Source of the DNA: Promethearchaeota archaeon | GTDB taxonomy: Archaea > Asgardarchaeota > Lokiarchaeia > Sigyniarchaeales > SOKP01 | Length of the DNA: 20,063 bases | NCBI GenBank assembly: GCA_048941285.1 | Contig: JBHLNS010000053.1 | Coordinates: 1-20,063, forward strand | Direction: 5' to 3' | In this document: positions 1-9,182 of the stretch, piece after piece | Position numbering within the stretch: position 1 is the first letter of the stretch | Layout: each line of letters starts with the position of its first letter | The notes under the pieces: model-generated | Seen by the model: the letters and a program-made list of their open reading frames with translations, nothing else | What the model was told of the DNA's origin: nothing | Database searches by the model: none | Program-made: the position numbers and the translations under genes

Positions 1-291
1 GGGTTTGTTTCTCAAGGATGTAAGAAATATCTTAAGAAAGAAGGGTTACTTTTAGCAAATAATACTCATGGAGACGCTAGTATGGCTTATTTAGATAATG
101 ATTATGAATTTATTGCTGCGATCTACAGGAGTAATCGCCAATATCGGTTAACATATAAAAATTTAGAAAAATATTTCATTCCAAAAAACCAAGAATTAAA
201 GGTAAATGAGGAATATTTGAAAGAAAAAAGACGAGGAATAGGGTATACAAAAACTGCTAATGCTTACCTATTTAGAAAAATAAAAAAATGA
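1..291 (+). CDS. 5'-truncated conserved hypothetical protein, possibly the C-terminus of a SAM-methyltransferase-like protein
   Basis: Frame 1 is open from base 1 (GFVSQGCKKYLKKEGLLLANNTHGDAS) into the tracked ATG at 82, so the 69-aa call is only the C-terminal part. 'YLKKEGLLL' resembles the LKPGG.L post-motif of class I methyltransferases. Stop TGA at 289-291. Confidence 0.6.
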   Translation, partial: GFVSQGCKKYLKKEGLLLANNTHGDASMAYLDNDYEFIAAIYRSNRQYRLTYKNLEKYFIPKNQELKVNEEYLKEKRRGIGYTKTANAYLFRKIKK

Positions 292-301
292 TTTTAGGAG
301 A

Positions 302-856
302 ATGAGTGAGGAAAAAATAAAAGAAGCCTTAGGAGAGAGATTTAGTCGTGATGCTGACTTTCTAAACTCAGTTATAAATGAATTAAAATTAGACAAAAAC
401 TCTAAAATTTTAGATGTAGGAACTGGTTGGGGCTTTATGGCAATATCTCTAGCTTTACATAATTATAAAGTCATCACTGGGGAGCCTGAGACTGCAAAAT
501 GGGCTGATTGGAGATCAAGAGCCAAAATCGCTAATGTAGATAAAAAGATTACTTTCAAACCCTTTTATGCGGAAAATCTTCCATTTGAAAATGGTTCTTT
601 CGATGCGGTCTTTCTTTATACATCACTTCATCATATTGGAGATAAAAATCGGGCTATAACCGAAATGATCCGTGTCTTACGACATAATGGGTATCTAGTA
701 ATTATAGAATTGACTGAAGAAGGAGTTAATTCTATAAGAAAAAGGAAAATAAATCATCCAGATGCTATAGACCCATCATATTTTACAAAAGGATTAAAGC
801 TTGATCCAATTATTAAACAAAGTAGATATCTAAATGCCTACCTTTATAGAATTTAA
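302..856 (+). CDS. Class I SAM-dependent methyltransferase (Methyltransf_11-like)
   Basis: Motif I 'ILDVGTGWG', 'AENLPFENGSFDAV', 'LHH', 'EMIRVLRHNGYL'. AGGAG lies immediately upstream, 10 nt after the previous stop. Confidence 0.9.
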   Translation: MSEEKIKEALGERFSRDADFLNSVINELKLDKNSKILDVGTGWGFMAISLALHNYKVITGEPETAKWADWRSRAKIANVDKKITFKPFYAENLPFENGSFDAVFLYTSLHHIGDKNRAITEMIRVLRHNGYLVIIELTEEGVNSIRKRKINHPDAIDPSYFTKGLKLDPIIKQSRYLNAYLYRI

Positions 857-866
857 AAATAAAGTC

Positions 867-2255
867 CTATAGTTTGGACCTATTTCTATTTTTCTTCCTG
901 TAATTTTTACTACGAACTGTTATATCATAAAGCCATTTATAAATACTCATATCCTTAATATTCAATATGGGTGCAGTAGATACTCTAACTTCTTTAATTT
1001 TTCTCAATAATCCGAGAACTACTATAATTCGTATAATTCCAGATAAAAGAAAAATGAAATGATAAGAATTCATGAAAGAAATATCAATAAAGCTAATCAG
1101 AGTACTCCCTAAAAGTCCTCCTCCGATTATTGCTAACCCAATCAAGGAGTTGTAAATAGCAATAAACTTTCCTCGCATCTTAGTTGCAATATTATCATAA
1201 ATAAAGTTAGATGCGGCTAAATTGAATGCTGTCCATCCGATCCCACTGAAAATTTGGATACCTAAGAATATTTGGACCGGATTAATATAGATTATCCAAA
1301 AAAAAGGTAAAAATGGAATTATAATTGCTCCAATTCTAAGCAGTTTCACATTTCCAAATCGATCTGAAAATCTCCCTAATATAGGAAAAAAAATTAGCCC
1401 AACCAGAGTCGATGATAAATTAATAGTCATAAAAAGTGAATATTCGAAGTTTAATTGAGTTAGCATATAAACTGAAAAGAATGGTTTTGCTATCCATTGA
1501 CCTAATGTTAAAAGAGAAACAAATAAAGTAAATCTCCCAAAATTACTTTTAGGAATATTTTTAATGAATTGGCTGGTTTTTATGTGATCTATTGTTTCAA
1601 AAAACAAAGGAGGATAATAATGCTTTGTATATAGAAACGCTGACATTAAGCGAGTAATAAATCCAAAAAGAAATAATAAAATAAATCCGTAATAAACCAA
1701 ATTCCTAAATTTAAACCAGTCTAACAAAAAAGATAACAAAATAATTCCAATTAGTCCGATCGATTGTGTAATTAGATTCCTTTTTGCGAAGTATTTACCT
1801 CTAATATTATCAGGAACTATATCACCCATTAGTGAAAACCATGGAGGAGTCATAATTCCCATGAATAACATATAAAGCAGAAAAATGATAATTAACAGCC
1901 AAGGGAGATAAAATTGAAAAAGATTAAATTGAGATAAGAGAGCAATAATAATAAATAAAGGCCATATTAACGCTTGTCCTAAGATACCACTTAATATAAT
2001 AAATTTTCGTGATTTCTTTTCAATTTGATGAGAACCTATCATTTGGCCAATAGGTGAAACTAAATTTCCTAAAGAAGATATTAAACCTACTTGAAAGAGT
2101 GAAGAATTAATACTAAGAGAAAACGGGACAATATAATTATCTGCTAAAACACTGCTAAATACTCCAAAAGATCCTTCGGTAATCGAAACTTGCATTGTTT
2201 TCTTTTTGAGTTTTTCTTCAATATAGTAATCAACATCATCTTTTGGAGTTGAAAT
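867..2255 (-). CDS. MFS transporter (about 12 TM); start probably ATT at 2255 rather than ATG at 2195
   Basis: Many hydrophobic segments, MFS motif A 'GRFSDRFGNVK', 'DIVPDNIRGKYF'. The frame is open for 20 more codons upstream (ISTPKDDVDYYIEEKLKKKT) to an ATT that lies 5 nt downstream of GGTGG. The family call is firmer than the start position. Confidence 0.85.
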   Translation of the reverse strand: MSTPKDDVDYYIEEKLKKKTMQVSITEGSFGVFSSVLADNYIVPFSLSINSSLFQVGLISSLGNLVSPIGQMIGSHQIEKKSRKFIILSGILGQALIWPLFIIIALLSQFNLFQFYLPWLLIIIFLLYMLFMGIMTPPWFSLMGDIVPDNIRGKYFAKRNLITQSIGLIGIILLSFLLDWFKFRNLVYYGFILLFLFGFITRLMSAFLYTKHYYPPLFFETIDHIKTSQFIKNIPKSNFGRFTLFVSLLTLGQWIAKPFFSVYMLTQLNFEYSLFMTINLSSTLVGLIFFPILGRFSDRFGNVKLLRIGAIIIPFLPFFWIIYINPVQIFLGIQIFSGIGWTAFNLAASNFIYDNIATKMRGKFIAIYNSLIGLAIIGGGLLGSTLISFIDISFMNSYHFIFLLSGIIRIIVVLGLLRKIKEVRVSTAPILNIKDMSIYKWLYDITVRSKNYRKKNRNRSKL

Positions 2256-2566
2256 TTATACCACCGATTTTAATTAAAACAAATATCCCATTAAAAGGAG
2301 TTTATTAATATTAAATTTGAATGATTCAATAAATTAAAAATTCAATAATATTTTTATTGATTTCATAATTTGTGCTAAGAAAGTTTAAATACTGGAATAC
2401 ATTCAGTGTAAACTTAAGACTACTAGAAAAAACTTATTTTATTAATTGAAAGGGAGTTTATAGATATCTCTGAAAAATTTTTAGCTTTTTTATCACGTTA
2501 ATAAAACTTTTTTATAAAAATGATAATTAGGTTTACAAAATAATTATAAAAGTAGAGGTTATTGAA

Positions 2567-3502
2567 ATGTTAAATCAAATTGAAAGAAGTGATATAAAGT
2601 ATATTCAAGACTCAAATTACCAGCAATTCAATAATGTTGCACAAAAGAATGAAGATCCATCTGAGATAATAACTGATAAAACACTAAGTATGGATCTTAA
2701 ATTAAATGATGATTCTTTGCATAAGTTTTACAATTTTCCAAAATACTATGATAAAGCATTTAGTAGAGATGTAAAAGGTGATGTAATTTTCTTCAAAGCC
2801 TGTTTTCAACAATATGCAGATATTGAAGTAGGACGAGTCTTAGAACCGGCATGTGGTCCGGGCATGTTCATAGAAATTTTACCAAAATATGGCTTTTATG
2901 CTCTGGGATATGATATAAATCCTGAAATGGTCAAATTTGCTAAAGAAAGGTTAAAAAAGTCTGGAATTAGTGTCACTCAAGCCAATGTAGTTGAAGGAGA
3001 TATGAAAAATATCAAATTTGATGAAAAATTCGATGCTGCGTTTATATGTATAAATAGTTTAGGATATTTAAGAAATGAAGAAGATATTATTACGCATTTT
3101 AAGCTTACAGCAGAGTCATTAGAACAAGGGGGAATTTATATAGTTGAAATTAGTTGTAAATGTGATGATATTTCAAATGAAAAAAAATTTGATGATACAT
3201 GGTATATCAAAGAAGAAAATTTTGATCTGGAATTAACTTGGGCAATTAATTGGTATGATCTAGAAAAAAGAATCCGTCATGTCGACTTTCGTATGGTCAT
3301 CAATGATAATGGATTTAAGACAGAAGTTGAGGAAGCTCATGAGTTAAGACTATGGATATTTGATGAATTTAGACAATTTTCGAAAAGAGCTGGATTTGAA
3401 ATTGTTGGAATCTACAATCAGAATTATGAAAAAATAGCTGAAAATGTCTCAATTACTGGAGAACTAGGAGCATTATTTTTTATATTGAAAAAGATCTCTT
3501 AA
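2567..3502 (+). CDS. Class I SAM-dependent methyltransferase (Methyltransf_25-like)
   Basis: 'YYD' N-terminal motif, motif I 'VLEPACGPG', 'GYDINPEMV', 'EGDM', 'FDAAF', 'LEQGGIY', C-terminal 'AGFEIV'. RBS GAGGT upstream. Confidence 0.9.
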   Translation: MLNQIERSDIKYIQDSNYQQFNNVAQKNEDPSEIITDKTLSMDLKLNDDSLHKFYNFPKYYDKAFSRDVKGDVIFFKACFQQYADIEVGRVLEPACGPGMFIEILPKYGFYALGYDINPEMVKFAKERLKKSGISVTQANVVEGDMKNIKFDEKFDAAFICINSLGYLRNEEDIITHFKLTAESLEQGGIYIVEISCKCDDISNEKKFDDTWYIKEENFDLELTWAINWYDLEKRIRHVDFRMVINDNGFKTEVEEAHELRLWIFDEFRQFSKRAGFEIVGIYNQNYEKIAENVSITGELGALFFILKKIS

Positions 3503-3575
3503 TTACTTCTTCTAAAACTTTTTTTTAAAAACAAATTTTAAAAATTCAGATTAGTAATAAGAAACAAAAATTAGG

Positions 3576-3965
3576 TTAAGATTCATAATTAGCAAGATTC
3601 TCAAGGTACCATTTATTCAATAGAGGAATTTCTTCAACTTTATTAAATTTTTTCAGTTTATCAAGTAAAACAACAAAGATTTTATCATTCCTTCGAATTG
3701 AGTTTAAAGTTTTATCATCTTTAATCTCTATTAAAAAGTTATTATTCGTATTAATATAATACAAAGAGTATTTTTCAATAATTACCTTCTCAGAATCCCA
3801 TTCATAATCAATTTCTTCTTTAATATCTCTAATAAATTGCCTTAAACTCTTTTCTATAGTCATCCAGCCTTGAATATAACTATTTTTCAATGCATTTAAG
3901 ACAAAAAATTTTCCGATTACTTCATTTGAACTAAAATTTTTAATATCCTTCTCATTTTTCGTCAT
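3576..3965 (-). CDS. Hypothetical protein
   Basis: 129-aa ORF in AT-rich DNA, with AGGAAT 5 nt upstream of the ATG. No recognisable motif. Confidence 0.65.
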   Translation of the reverse strand: MTKNEKDIKNFSSNEVIGKFFVLNALKNSYIQGWMTIEKSLRQFIRDIKEEIDYEWDSEKVIIEKYSLYYINTNNNFLIEIKDDKTLNSIRRNDKIFVVLLDKLKKFNKVEEIPLLNKWYLENLANYES

Positions 3966-4281
3966 TTTGAATTCCTAATTTTTTTATTCATTAATTAAAA
4001 AAAATGAAAGTTAGCAGAAATATTTAATCTATTTTATCTAAATATGCAAAAAAAGATTTATTAGCGATTTTCTTTAATTTATTCGTTTGATTTATACCCT
4101 TTTTTATACTCCAATTAATAGAGATAACTGTGGTTTTAAATATAAGGTCATTAGATTAAAAAAAATTTATGCGGAGCAGATAGTTGTTTCAATTAGATTA
4201 GATCACAAAGTTTGCATTTTTTATATTAAAAGTTATTAACTTAAAAAACCGTATTAAAATTAAAACAAAGAAAATCATAAT

Positions 4282-4674
4282 ATGCCAAATGATGAAGAAC
4301 TTAAGGATCAAATCAATAAGATAGCTGTACAAATAGAAAAAATTGAAGAAACTTCAAAACAAAAAGAATTTTATATCTCAAATAAACTCAACGAGCAATT
4401 TGATCCTAAAATTAATGAAATTGAGGGAAGATTACAGCACCACCAGGCTATATTAAATAGTCTTAATAAGCAGATTGATGATTTAACTTCAAAAAAGAAA
4501 GATTTGCTTCCTATCGTAAAGAATTTAGAGATTGAATATAACAATCTAAAGAAAGAAAAAGATAAATCTCTAAATATGAATTTGAAAGCAATTACCAAAG
4601 AAAAAAAATCTCGAACGAGAGAAATTGACCGAGAAATTAAATTATTGGAAAAAGAATTAAAGAAGACTGATTAA
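4282..4674 (+). CDS. Coiled-coil hypothetical protein
   Basis: 130 aa, K/E/L/I-rich with heptad periodicity (e.g. INEIEGRLQHHQAILNSLNKQIDDL). Few Gly or Pro residues. Confidence 0.7.
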   Translation: MPNDEELKDQINKIAVQIEKIEETSKQKEFYISNKLNEQFDPKINEIEGRLQHHQAILNSLNKQIDDLTSKKKDLLPIVKNLEIEYNNLKKEKDKSLNMNLKAITKEKKSRTREIDREIKLLEKELKKTD

Positions 4675-4843
4675 AAATAAAAGAGTAATAAATAGGATCA
4701 ATACAAAAAATAAATCGATTTGTAAGTACTATAATAATTATATTCTATTGTGAAAATTCAAACTTTCATTAAAGTTCAAAATTTTAAACTATATATATTT
4801 AAAATTCATTTTTACCCATTAGTTTAAAAATTTTAGTCTACTT

Positions 4844-5635
4844 ATGGAGACAACAATTTATTACTTCTCTGGAACAGGCAATTCTTTAAAAATTGCTAAG
4901 GATCTTTGTGAAAAATTAGAAGATTCAGAACTTATACCTATCGCGAAAATATGGCAAATGGAAAATATTGAATCAAAAAGTAAAAATGTCGGTTTCATTT
5001 TTCCATTATATTGGTCGGGATTGCCCAAAATAGTCCATAATTTTATAAATAAATTGAATCTAAGTAATTCAAACTATTTTTTTACCGTGGTTACAAATGC
5101 GGGTGACATTAATGAACACCCTTTACAGCAATTAAACAAGATTCTTGAAAAAAAATCAAAAAAGCTTAATGCAGGATTTTATATCAAAATGCCAAATAAT
5201 TATATTATTGGATTTGATATTCATTCAGAGAGACGCCAAAAAGAATTTTTTGAAAATGCTAATAAAGAATTAAAAATTATCGCTGAAATTGTAAGTAATC
5301 AAAAAGATAATCTCACTCAAGACGTTTTTAAAAAGGATGTTTCTAGGAGCTCAAAAGTTAATAAAGATTTTCAAGATTCTGTGTATGAAAGTGATGAAGC
5401 ATTTTATGTATATGAAAATTGTAATAGTTGTGGAATATGTGAAAAAGTATGCCCTGTAAATAATATTATTCTAAAAAATGGCATACCGGAATGGCAACAT
5501 AAATGCCAACAATGTTTAGCATGTATTAATTTTTGTCCTGAAAAGGCTATTCAATTCGGTGATAAAACTTTAAACACACAACGATATCATCATCCTGAAA
5601 TTACAATTATGGAAATTGCAGCCCAGAAAAAATAG
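4844..5635 (+). CDS. EFR1-family ferrodoxin (N-terminal flavodoxin-like domain plus C-terminal 2x[4Fe-4S])
   Basis: 'IYYFSGTGNS', 'GFIFPLY', 'MPNNY', and two ferredoxin motifs, CNSCGICEKVCP and CQQCLACINFCP, followed by 'RYHHP'. Confidence 0.9.
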   Translation: METTIYYFSGTGNSLKIAKDLCEKLEDSELIPIAKIWQMENIESKSKNVGFIFPLYWSGLPKIVHNFINKLNLSNSNYFFTVVTNAGDINEHPLQQLNKILEKKSKKLNAGFYIKMPNNYIIGFDIHSERRQKEFFENANKELKIIAEIVSNQKDNLTQDVFKKDVSRSSKVNKDFQDSVYESDEAFYVYENCNSCGICEKVCPVNNIILKNGIPEWQHKCQQCLACINFCPEKAIQFGDKTLNTQRYHHPEITIMEIAAQKK

Positions 5636-5689
5636 TGGTTTTAAAATATTAAAATATATTTTTTAAACAGTAATTAATCAAATTGTGAT

Positions 5690-6430
5690 ATGAATAATCA
5701 TTTTGGGACATATGGGGATAATTTTCAACAGAGATCTAAATATATTAGAGGAAGTTTGCCACATCATCAATTAGACTGGTTAAGGAAACCACAAACTTTT
5801 AAAAGCTATCCAGATGCTCTGAAAACTATACGAATGCCCGATCCTGAGTTTGATAAGAAAATAATATTTTGGGATGTAATTTTAAAGCGGCAATCTACTC
5901 GAAAGTTTATAAATGAACCTATAACTCTCTCCCAACTAAGTTGTTTATTATTTGGAATGACTGGTTTAACTCGTATTTTTCCGCAATATGCCTTTAGAAC
6001 AGTACCATCTGCGGGGGGTTTATATCCAATTGAAATATATCCTGTAATAAATATTGTCAAAAATCTGGAACAAGGGATTTATCATTATAATATTTCGCAA
6101 CATTCGCTTGAATTGTTGAAGAAAGGCGATTATCGTGGTGATATTACTAAAGCTTGTTTAGATCAACAAATAGCTTTTAATTCTGCAGTAAATTTTGTAT
6201 GGACTGCCGTTATAGAGAGATCCAAGTGGAAATATCTTCAACGATGTTATCGTTATATCTATATGGATGTGGGGCATATAGGTCAAAACTTATATTTAAT
6301 TGCTGAGGCATTAGGTTTAGGCGCATGTACTATAGGGGCTATATATGATGATGAAATTAATAATTTATTAGATATCGATGGTATTCAAGAAACCGCAATT
6401 TATGTTGGGGTAATAGGAAAAAAAAGTTAG
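5690..6430 (+). CDS. SagB/ThcOx-family FMN-dependent dehydrogenase (nitroreductase fold)
   Basis: 'KRQSTRKF', 'FRTVPSAGGLYPIEIY', 'GIYHY', 'YRYIYMDVGHIGQNLYLIAEALGLGACTIG'. Confidence 0.9.
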   Translation: MNNHFGTYGDNFQQRSKYIRGSLPHHQLDWLRKPQTFKSYPDALKTIRMPDPEFDKKIIFWDVILKRQSTRKFINEPITLSQLSCLLFGMTGLTRIFPQYAFRTVPSAGGLYPIEIYPVINIVKNLEQGIYHYNISQHSLELLKKGDYRGDITKACLDQQIAFNSAVNFVWTAVIERSKWKYLQRCYRYIYMDVGHIGQNLYLIAEALGLGACTIGAIYDDEINNLLDIDGIQETAIYVGVIGKKS

Positions 6431-7236
6431 TAGAAAAAAATCAAATCTATAATTATAATTATAGAAGCTGCTCCAATTGCAATACCAACATCAAGCCAAT
6501 TAACAGTTTTTGTTTCAGTATGGGATATTCGGTCCAAGTATGGAAAAACAGGCTTATAAATAATCATTAACATTATAGTAAATCCTGTGGCGGAAATAAG
6601 AGCAATCAACCTATTAAAAAGTACGCTTGGATCGAAGATTGATACGTAAATCACCGAAGTTAAAAAGTAAAGGGAAAATCCTAAAGAAATAGAAATCAAT
6701 TTCCAAAATGAATGATGATTAGATATATTTTCTAATGGTAATAGTAAGAGTAAAAATATACTCCCAATAATAATAAATATAATACCGAGAATTCCTATAA
6801 TGATTGGAGGCGCTCCGCCAATGATAATTAATATGCCCCAGTCGGTTAATAGGGGGAGTTCTATAAGACTTATGAAAGTTGCTACACCTTCAGCCATAAA
6901 TGCTGTTCCCGCACACATAAGTAAAGGTAAGAGTTTAGGATTGCGTTTATGCCATACTGAAAGAGTTACAATAAAAGAACACAATACATTAAAAAGTGGC
7001 CCCATAGCACCTGTAAATGGCATTACTTCTGGAGTAATTGGACCACTTTCGCAATGTGATAATGCAAAGGGATGAACATAGATTTTTATATCAGATATAC
7101 CTACAATTGAAAGAGCAATAGCATGTCCTGACTCATGAAACGTAAGTCCTAAGCAATAACTAAAGATGTATGCTCCTAATACTAATAAAATAGATTTTAG
7201 AGTAGATAAATCAAATATTTTTGAATTTTTAGACAT
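6427..7236 (-). CDS. Multi-pass membrane zinc metalloprotease-like protein (M50/site-2-protease-like)
   Basis: HExxH 'FHESGH' sits at the end of a TM segment, with 'MGPLFN' (AGPxxN-like) and a downstream 'LPLLTDW' Asp as candidate third ligand. About 7-8 TM segments. RBS AGGTAA. Confidence 0.65.
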   Translation of the reverse strand: MSKNSKIFDLSTLKSILLVLGAYIFSYCLGLTFHESGHAIALSIVGISDIKIYVHPFALSHCESGPITPEVMPFTGAMGPLFNVLCSFIVTLSVWHKRNPKLLPLLMCAGTAFMAEGVATFISLIELPLLTDWGILIIIGGAPPIIIGILGIIFIIIGSIFLLLLLPLENISNHHSFWKLISISLGFSLYFLTSVIYVSIFDPSVLFNRLIALISATGFTIMLMIIYKPVFPYLDRISHTETKTVNWLDVGIAIGAASIIIIIDLIFFY

Positions 7237-7418
7237 AAAATTTACCTTTTTTGATTTTAACCTGAATAGTAAAGTTCAAATAATCAATATTAAAAGCATT
7301 CTAGTTTAAATATAGTTAATTGCTAAATTTCTATTATTAATAAGAAAATGGGAGTCCAAAATTTAATTATCTAATTTTATAAAACTATTTTACATCTAAA
7401 ATTTAATAATTAATTAAC

Positions 7419-7895
7419 ATGAAAGATTTGGAAAATGAAGTTAGGAAAATATTAAGAAAACAGAATTGGTTAGTCTTGAGTACTTCGGATGATAAAAATG
7501 TACCTCACAGTTCTGTCGTAGTTTACCAGAGTGATGGTTATGTGATTTATTGCATGACAGGTAAAAATACATTAAAAGCAAGAAATATCAGAAGTAATAA
7601 TAAAGTATCTGTGACCTTACCATTCAGAAAAAATTTTCTTCACAAAATTGTACCAGCCCCACCTGCTGAATTACATTTTATAGCAGAAGCAGAAATTAAA
7701 TCATTCGAAGATGAGGAAGCCAAAACTATCTTTTCTAAATACTTAAAATATCAAGAAAATATAGAAAACCAAGAAGAAAATATTTGGATTAAAATAACAC
7801 CATCTAAGAGAATATCTACTTATGGAGTAGGTATACCACTCTTTAAAATGAGAAATCCAGAAAAAGCAAGGAATTTAGTTGAATTAAAATATTAA
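7419..7895 (+). CDS. Pyridoxamine 5'-phosphate oxidase-like (split-barrel flavin-binding) protein
   Basis: 'VLSTSDDKNVPHSSVV', 'IYCMTGKNTLKARNIRSNNKVSV', 'WIKITP', all typical of the PNPOx-like fold. Confidence 0.8.
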   Translation: MKDLENEVRKILRKQNWLVLSTSDDKNVPHSSVVVYQSDGYVIYCMTGKNTLKARNIRSNNKVSVTLPFRKNFLHKIVPAPPAELHFIAEAEIKSFEDEEAKTIFSKYLKYQENIENQEENIWIKITPSKRISTYGVGIPLFKMRNPEKARNLVELKY

Positions 7896-7925
7896 ATATT
7901 AAGGAGTATTGAGAAAGATATAAAA

Positions 7926-9170
7926 ATGGCAGAAAAAGAGATAAAACCTTTAAATATAATAACTGATGGAATTAACCCGATTATAAAAAAACATATAGAT
8001 GGAGTATACTATGCATCGACTCTAATTACTGGAATGGTTTGGGTTGAAACTGGCGAAGGAACCGTAGTAATAGATACATTAGTTAATATACCTTCAGCGG
8101 AGAAAGTATTAAGTAGTATTAATGAAAAGATTAAATTTATAATATATACTCATGGTCATGCTGATCATGTAGGTGGAGCAAAAGTCTTTACGGCAGATAA
8201 TCCAGAGATTATTGCGAGTAAAATTTTACCAGAAAGGTTTGATAGATATAAAATGTTAGAACCATATAGAAATTTAATTGCTGCTATGCAATTTAATGTT
8301 CCAACATCTATTTTTGGGAAAGGTGTTAGGAATTATATTTATCCTACAAAAACCTTTCTAGGTGATTACACATTTAAACTAGGAAAATATACGTTTGAGC
8401 TTCATACTGGGCGCGGTGAAACTGATGATGCGGTTTGGGTGTATATTCCCGAGCTTAATACAGCGTTTGTTGGTGATTTTATAATGGGTTCTTGGTTTCC
8501 AAATATTGGAAATCCATGGAAACCTACTCGGTTTGCGTTAGAATGGGCTAAGGAGTTAGAGAGAATACGCGAATTAGAGCCAGAAAACATTTTCTGTAGT
8601 GGTGGTGGATATTTATTTAAGGGAGAAGACGCAAAAAGAGCCTTAAATGATAATATTGAAGTCATCCGTTCACTACATGATCAGGTAGTAAGATTAATCA
8701 ATGAAGGAATGCATATCACAGAGATGATCCACACTGTAAAGGTTCCAGATCATTTAATTAATAGTCCTTTTCTAAAACAAGTCTATTCTCGAATAGAATT
8801 TTTTGTATATAATGTATATAGATGGTATCATGGTTATTATGATCATAATCCAGCTCATTTAATACCAAGGCCAGAGAAAGAAGTAATGAAAGAAGTTTAT
8901 AGCCTTATTGGTTCCAGAGAAAAACTTATAGACCAAGTTAAAAATCTCAATGAAAAGGGAGAATTCCAATTAGCACTTCAAATATTAGATATTTTAATTC
9001 AATCTGAACCTGAAGATATTGAAGCATTAAAATTAAGGATGAGATTAGTTAAAAATATAGCTCAAAATGACACTTGTATAATGAGTAAAAATGCTTATTA
9101 TTATAGTATTAAAGAAGATAAAATTAAAATTCGGCAAATTCAAAGAAGATTAAAAGAGTGTCCCGAATAA
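7926..9170 (+). CDS. Metallo-beta-lactamase-fold alkyl/aryl sulfatase (SdsA1/BDS1-like) with dimerization domain, lacking the SCP2 domain
   Basis: 'THGHADHVGG', 'GETDD', 'VGDF', 'FPNIGNP', 'VYRWYHGYYDHNPAHL', C-terminal 'SKNAY'. AAGGAG upstream. Confidence 0.85.
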   Translation: MAEKEIKPLNIITDGINPIIKKHIDGVYYASTLITGMVWVETGEGTVVIDTLVNIPSAEKVLSSINEKIKFIIYTHGHADHVGGAKVFTADNPEIIASKILPERFDRYKMLEPYRNLIAAMQFNVPTSIFGKGVRNYIYPTKTFLGDYTFKLGKYTFELHTGRGETDDAVWVYIPELNTAFVGDFIMGSWFPNIGNPWKPTRFALEWAKELERIRELEPENIFCSGGGYLFKGEDAKRALNDNIEVIRSLHDQVVRLINEGMHITEMIHTVKVPDHLINSPFLKQVYSRIEFFVYNVYRWYHGYYDHNPAHLIPRPEKEVMKEVYSLIGSREKLIDQVKNLNEKGEFQLALQILDILIQSEPEDIEALKLRMRLVKNIAQNDTCIMSKNAYYYSIKEDKIKIRQIQRRLKECPE

Positions 9171-9182
9171 ATATAATTTATC

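Noticed and set aside
2342-2360. Inverted repeat TCAATAA-N5-TTATTGA in the MFS/methyltransferase divergent spacer
   Set aside because: Almost all A/T in a very AT-rich spacer, so chance occurrence is likely; no second copy with the same geometry was found.
4371-4598. 75-aa minus-strand ORF
   Set aside because: Lies wholly antisense within the coiled-coil gene; F/S/L-rich composition typical of a shadow ORF.
5806-6060. 84-aa minus-strand ORF
   Set aside because: Antisense to the well-supported SagB-family gene; no motifs.
5690-6430. SagB-like gene as a marker of an azole-RiPP cluster, with the 37-aa peptide as precursor
   Set aside because: No YcaO or E1-like cyclodehydratase in the window, and the peptide has no Cys, Ser or Thr to cyclise. 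Standalone SagB-like genes are common in archaea.
6800-7075. 91-aa plus-strand ORF
   Set aside because: Antisense to the M50-like membrane protein; no independent support.
8402-8665. 87-aa minus-strand ORF
   Set aside because: Antisense to the alkyl sulfatase catalytic domain.
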